In this document: positions 19,643 to 24,795 of the stretch, piece by piece
How positions within the stretch are numbered: the stretch's first letter is position 1
How the letters are laid out: the number at the start of each line of letters is the position of its first letter
Source: Tubiluchus corallicola
Taxonomy: Eukaryota > Animalia > Priapulida
NCBI GenBank assembly: GCA_030141605.1
Contig: JAQGDQ010001808.1
Coordinates: 1-24,795 of the forward strand
Direction of reading: 5' to 3'
DNA: 24,795 nt
The notes under the pieces: generated by a model
The model's input: the letters and a program-made list of their open reading frames with translations, nothing else
Databases searched by the model: none
What the model was told of the DNA's origin: nothing
Made by a program: the position numbers and the translations under genes

Positions 19643-19805
19643 TTGTGCTGCTCTTCCGGTGTTTTCTGTCACCACTAGCATAGATACTAGCGCCTTCCTT
19701 GATTGGCTGACCAAACCCTGCCAGGTGCAAAGAACCAGCGGCCGCCGCCCACGCAATACGCATGAAGCAGGCCACAGTTTCCGTGAACTCCATCACACCC
19801 ATCGT
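19643..19805 (-). CDS. USP24: USP24-like exon
   Basis: ttttag|TMGVMEFTETVACFMRIAWAAAAGSLHL...HRKSST|gtaagc; 163 nt, phase 0/1. Confidence 0.94.
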
Positions 19806-19840
19806 CTAAAAAATAGTGGTTAATTTTTAGCTATTTAAAT

Positions 19841-20357
19841 GCGTATAAATACACTCATAATCAAAAATACGCGAACATCCTACATAGTCCTCATTTATAA
19901 TGCAAAGCCAGCAGCAGCTTTTACTGAATTAAAGTTATAAGGTTATAAGCAGAGTATAATGGATGACGTCAGGACAATGGCTTTGCGTCAGCAGTTTTTC
20001 TAGCGAAAATCGTGCGAAATGGAACCTCAAATTAACTCATCATAGCTCCTCGGGAAGGAAGCGTCCCAAAATATAGCCCACATCATTGTGTAGCCCTGTT
20101 CTTCCTCTTTCTAAAGAGCTATACATCTCCTTTCGAGAGTCCCACAAGGCGCCAGTATAACGTTTCTTCTGCAGCCTGTTTGGTCAAAATTTCGAAAAAA
20201 TCAGGAGTTGGGTCCGGGAAAACGTTACGGGACTCCGTGGCCCTCTCACAAATTCTAAATACGCCCACCGCTGAACGGGCTATCTATCCGTGGCCACCAC
20301 CACCCCCGGCCCGATCTCCGTCGGAGCTGTAGCTTCGAATCTTATATATATACTAAG
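19841..20357 (-). repeat. Unclassified dispersed repeat, possibly a non-autonomous Helitron-like element
   Basis: Inverted match to 6984-7321. GC-rich end with palindrome CTCCGTCGGAG and a (TA)n terminus. The class assignment is weak. Confidence 0.6.
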
Positions 20358-20431
20358 AACATACCAGCGAAATTAATATATACGATTAAAACTGACAATG
20401 GTAACCATAGCAACAAATGAAAATAAAATAC

Positions 20432-20642
20432 CTGTACAGCACGGCTTGCGGCATTTGGCACGTGTCTCTGTCCCACCGCAGCTAAATTAGTAGCGGCTGA
20501 AAGCAACGACATGGTCACATTGGAACGTTTGACGGGGCTAGCGGGCGGTATCAATTTCCTATAATGTGGAAAACCCGGGTTGCTGGACACAACGCAGGAG
20601 TGGGTCGAAATGGCTAGGACAGTCTGACCGCACAACAGGTAT
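20432..20642 (-). CDS. USP24: USP24-like exon
   Basis: ttatag|(R)YLLCGQTVLAISTH...PNAASRAVQ|gtattt; 211 nt, phase 2/0; less conserved region but the phases fit both neighbours. Confidence 0.85.
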
Positions 20643-21168
20643 CTATAAATAAAAAAAACAAATTGAATTAGTTATCCTCGCTTTGTGGGAAAAGACAAAG
20701 TCTATAACCAGCAAGATCAAAACCAATAATGTTTTATGAGGTGAGAAATTTGGTTTTATTGTGCTGCTCAGCCAATCACGTCAAAGCGAGCCGTATCATT
20801 TCATTAATGCTCACTAGATGGCACACGTGTTGAGAACCAGACACGGTTAGTGGCAAGTTTACCTCACAGAAGTATAAAAACAAAATTAAAAATGATTAAT
20901 TATAATAAAAATTACCCAAAAAATTTTGATTAATAATCAGTTAATAAGTCTACAAGTCTGCCACGTTTTTTGTAAATTCTTTACAATGTGTTTTTCACAA
21001 CAATAAATTTCATTAAATTTTGATTAGAACAATTCAACATTTCTACTGCACACTAGCAGCCATCCTCATGAAATGTATTAGGAATAATTTAGAATTCCGA
21101 ACTACGAAGAAAATTATGATAAAACTATGAGTATCTATGGAAACAACACTAGTTAGATGAGCACTAGC

Positions 21169-21596
21169 GCCTACACTACGGCCAAATCTTGTTGAAAACA
21201 AAGGTTCTCGTCTGATCACCGAAGTTAAGCAACATAGAGCCTGGTTAGTAGTACTTGGATTGGTGACCGCCTAGGAATACCAGGTGCTGTAGGCTTGCGG
21301 GATGCCCACACTGTATCTCGACGCTAGGCAAAGGAGCTGTACAAGCAGCCAACGGCTAGAGGGCGGAGGAGGTCAAGTGATCCAATGACCATGTGTAGAG
21401 GAGTAAACATTCCAAATAAGGAGTGGAGCCCCGAAGGCGGACCTGTGAGGCATGCTCACTGACTTCGGCAGCTCCTGCAGCCAACCTGGTGCCAAACGTA
21501 TCGCTCTGCTTTCCTACGGACTACACCAGGGAGGAAGAGAGGGAGTTCCTGCTGCCTGGGCAAGTCAGGATTTCCATACACCTTGCTCAGGCATGC
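21169..21596 (+). mobile_element. 5S rRNA-headed SINE (SINE3-type) with full-length 5S head, 3' truncated
   Basis: 21169-21296 is a complete degenerate 5S sequence (GCCTAC...GTTCTCGTCTGATCACCGAAGTTAAGCAAC...GGTGCTGTAGGCTT). It has no T-run terminator and runs into the shared SINE body. Confidence 0.88.
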
Positions 21597-21957
21597 TCAG
21601 GCTAGTTTTAATACAACTTACAGTATATATATCTTACAGTAGCACTGTACTTCAATTTTCGCTTTTGAATCATGTGCAACACGGTCGTGGGACATTTTTG
21701 CTGTTGAAAATTATGTTAGTTTGTGATGTCATCAATATTTGAGTTCACCAGGGCTAATTAAGGTTTAAACATGTTAACTGGTTATTTTTAATATCAGAAA
21801 TGTTTAGTCATTATTGTAAGTATTAAATGCACACTTTTACCAAACGTTAAAATTGAGTGTGACATGAAAAATCGTCCCATTTTCATTTAAAATTTAACAA
21901 TGAGTTTCGTGCCACACCACTTTCTAATCTTATAAAATTATGAGTCAGTTTTCATAC

Positions 21958-22151
21958 CTGGCAAGTTGTAACGCTATGAAACAACATTCTTGTCTTGTTT
22001 CATAATCAACATCAGACGATATGGCGTCACGCTGTAAAACGTTGACAACCAAACCCAGACCTCCGGCGTTCAGAAAATCCTCGCAGAACTGCAGAGAGCT
22101 CTTCAACTCGTTCGGATCCTCAGTCGTCGGCATCAGCTTCCCGCTTAACAC
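21958..22151 (-). CDS. USP24: USP24-like exon
   Basis: taacag|VLSGKLMPT...FCEDFLNAGGLGLVVNVLQRDAISSDVDYETRQECCFIALQLA(R)|gtatga; 194 nt, phase 0/2. Confidence 0.94.
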
Positions 22152-22280
22152 CTGTTAATCAGTTAGTTTATTAGTCCACAAGATTTCGCAGAACTCTGTA
22201 TAAATTTTAGAACAAATTAATGGATTCATAAAGGAACTCTTTAACCAAATTTTACGAAAAGAAAGAAAATGTAAAAAAGT

Positions 22281-22357
22281 CGCGACCGACTCCGGGTTTG
22301 AACAAGGAACTCTTGGATTCCAAGACTAATACCACGACTACTAGACCACACAGACCC
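22281..22357 (-). pseudogene. Degenerate tRNA-like sequence (pseudogene or repeat head)
   Basis: A box TGGTCTAGTAG and B box GTTCAAACC at tRNA spacing, followed by T6 at 22273-22278; cloverleaf stems are poor. Confidence 0.55.
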
Positions 22358-22713
22358 TGGTGATCACGACAGGTCTTAATTCCATTTTGTCAGTTCACAA
22401 ACCAAGCAAGTATTTATTATTAAATATTTATTAATTCACGGTAGAGAAATAACGCTAGAACAGAGATAATTAGCTAGTTTTATTATTAATTTGCAACTTT
22501 AGTAATTAGTTAATTACTTACTTATTTCGTTGTTTACAAGACTAAAAAAATTCAATAATTAAGATTTGAAACTAAGATCATTAAAAAGTAAATAAATTAA
22601 TACATTATACGACAACAAACAATTAAGTCACTGCATTTAGTCACATAGTACTTGCTAAGTCGCATACGTACACCAAGGTAAAGAAACAGACATACAGGGT
22701 GACTCAAAACTAA

Positions 22714-23047
22714 TAGGGGTGTAATGATACAATACATATCGTGATACGAACCTCACGATACGATACGTATCACGATACATATTGAGTTAACTTTTGCAGG
22801 CTTTAATAAAAAAATTAGATTAAGCCGTTGATATATGTATATATATTAGATTTATTAAACAACTTTAAAATTGTCAAGTGCTAAAATAATTCAGCAAACT
22901 TGAATTATTTCACTCTCTTCTTATCAGCGGAAGTCTCGCTTGTGCTAAACATCAATGATTCGCATTGCCATTAAACTGATGCATTTTGACGATACGCGTA
23001 TCGTTGGAAAAGGTATCACGATGCATCGGTGTATCGTTACAGGCCTA
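22714..23047. mobile_element. hAT (Ac-like) MITE
   Basis: TIR TAGGGGTGTAATGATAC vs TAGGCCTGTAACGATAC (14/17); 8-bp flanks AAAACTAA/TAAACTAG (6/8); GATAC subterminal repeats. Confidence 0.75.
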
Positions 23048-23215
23048 TAAACTAGGATGTCATTTCTTGTAGCAAATGCAAACAGCATGATCAGCCCGCA
23101 GCCAACAAAAGAGGTCAGACAGTAAGCTCACTTTTTTCCACCCGGCTACAGTGAGGCTCAAAGCGCTCTCACTTCAAACAAGCGCCATCTTTAGGTGCAA
23201 AAAATTAATAAATAC

Positions 23216-23431
23216 CTGCAAGTTATAAACGACCCGAAACGTCGACATTCCCTTCGTACTAACGTCGAACAATTCACGCAGCGTCGCTGCCGCCGTCGCC
23301 TTACATTCGTAGCTCTCTTTATTAGCATCGTTCTTGTTGCGCAGAAGCCTCGGAGAAGCGCGCGGGCTCCGCCTGGTGTCGTCGATGGTAGATTTCGTAG
23401 TCACGACCGCACTTTGATTTTTGTTCGTATC
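23216..23431 (-). CDS. USP24: USP24-like exon
   Basis: gtctag|DTNKNQSAVVTTKS...LRELFDVSTKGMSTFRVVYNLQ|gtattt; 216 nt, phase 0/0. Confidence 0.9.
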
Positions 23432-23685
23432 CTAGACAATGTAATAATCATTACACTTCTACAGTTCTTGTATCGTAATAGTAAGCAATTTAGCACAGCA
23501 AATGCAATTCATGAAATACAATAGCCAAATCCTCACTGTCAATTTTAAATGGGCAAAAATTATCATAGCTGCTGAGATGGTATACTAACACCTTGAAACA
23601 TACTAAATCAAATTACTGAACATATTTAAAGTGATGAAGTGATAATACTTTCTAAAATACCAGCACTAGTATATTAATAAAAGAA

Positions 23686-24364
23686 AAGTTTGACGGAAAC
23701 AATGCATTCAATATTGTGCGATTATCAAGCAAGTTTGACAGCAACAATGTATTCAATATTGTGCGATTATCAAGCAAGTTTGACAGCAACAATGTATTCA
23801 ATATTGTGTAATTATCAAGCAAGTTTGACAGCAACAATGTATTCAATATTGTGCGATTATTAAGCAAGTTTGACAGCAACAATGCATTCAATATTGTGTA
23901 ATTATCAAGCAAGTTTGACAGCAACAATGTATTCAATATTGTGCGATTATTAAGCAAGTTTGACAGCAACAATGTATTCAATATTGTGCGATTATTAAGC
24001 AAGTTTGACAGCAACAATGTATTCAATATTGTGCGATTATCAAGCAAGTTTGACAGCAACAATGTATTCAATATTGTGTAATTATCAAGCAAGTTTGACA
24101 GCAACAATGTATTCAATATTGTGCGATTATTAAGCAAGTTTGACAGCAACAATATATTCAATATTGTGCGATTATTAAGAAAGCTTGACAGCAACAATGT
24201 ATTCAATATTGTGCGATTATTAAGTATGTTTGACAGCAACAATGTATTCAATATCGTATGATTATTAAGTATGTTTGACAGCAACAATGTATTCAATATC
24301 GTATGATTATTAAGTATGTTTGACAGCAACAATGTATTCAATATCGTATGAATATTAAGTATGT
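23686..24364. repeat. 45-bp minisatellite, about 15 copies
   Basis: Unit AAGTTTGACAGCAACAATGTATTCAATATTGTGCGATTATCAAGC. Confidence 0.97.
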
Positions 24365-24563
24365 ACCGAAGTATTCTTTTTTAAGACAACATTTTTATTG
24401 AATCGACTAAGTCACAACAGAAAATGTAACAACATATAATACTTTACATGGATTGAACTTGTAATGAGATTAGAAATGAATAAGCAGCATGCCAGTTCTT
24501 GTGGCCAATAACATTGCTTTTACTGTGAAAAAAACTTAGTATTGCACTTTAATAACATCTTAC

Positions 24564-24651
24564 CTTATTCAAATTTAAACAGTCGAGTGAATCCAGTATG
24601 GACTGATCAGTAGGAATCAGCATGAGCAAACTACGAACTCGTGCTTTTATT
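24564..24651 (-). CDS. USP24: USP24-like exon (most 5' exon in window; absent from ORF track)
   Basis: ttgcag|xIKARVRSLLMLIPTDQSILDSLDCLNLNK|gtaaga; 88 nt, phase 2/0; RVRxLLxLIPTD motif. Confidence 0.9.
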
Positions 24652-24676
24652 CTGCAATAACAAACAAGTTTAATAT

Positions 24677-24795
24677 GCAAAAGTCCCATAATCACTAAAT
24701 AAAATAACTACGCAAATGTCCCATAATCACTAACTAAATTAACTAGGCAAATGTCCCATAATCACTAAATAAATTAACTACGCAAATGTCCCATA
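24677..24795. repeat. 35-bp tandem repeat running off the window end
   Basis: Unit GCAAATGTCCCATAATCACTAAATAAATTAACTAC; starts at 24677, 24712, 24747, 24782. Confidence 0.92.

Noticed and set aside
20737-20866. Small MITE or internal promoter around CCAAT/CRE-like motifs
   Set aside because: The inverted termini are weak and there is no TSD or transcription-start evidence. The motifs are noted only under the CTCF finding.
21169-21296. Functional 5S rRNA gene
   Set aside because: It has small duplications and substitutions, no T-run terminator, and is fused to a repeated SINE body.
21297-21360. HDV-like ribozyme at the start of the SINE body
   Set aside because: I could not build the nested P1/P2/P3/P1.1 double pseudoknot by hand.
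23652-24341. Leucine-rich repeat protein
   Set aside because: The 15-aa period is too short for an LRR, the LxxLxLxxN Asn is misplaced, and it is a near-perfect DNA minisatellite in an intron.

Overview
AT-rich animal genomic DNA, probably from an invertebrate (inference from the repeat content). The whole window lies inside one minus-strand gene encoding a USP24-type (USP9X/FAF-family) deubiquitinase. I mapped 17 GT-AG exons by hand (2628 nt, 876 codons) and every junction is phase-consistent. They include the Cys box ([12 protein letters not shown]), the zinc-ribbon cysteines (CKDC, CEKC) and the His box (VHSGQANAGHYYS). The gene runs off both ends of the window. The introns are dense with repeats: Tigger/pogo-like, hAT and Kolobok-like MITEs; a 5S rRNA-headed SINE family (four pieces); a tRNA-headed Meta-like SINE; an inverted pair of Penelope-like repeats with decayed minimal hammerheads; and an RTE-like 3' stub. 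Tandem arrays include a 65-bp satellite grown inside a MITE, a degenerate (CCCTAA)n tract and 23-, 35-, 45- and ~110-bp repeats. Best leads: a long intronic hairpin whose mismatches become G-U pairs on the pre-mRNA strand, next to a candidate poison microexon, with a similar layout in a second intron; inverted MITEs flanking an in-frame block of catalytic exons; and the 5S-SINE family. All family assignments come from motif recognition, not database searches.
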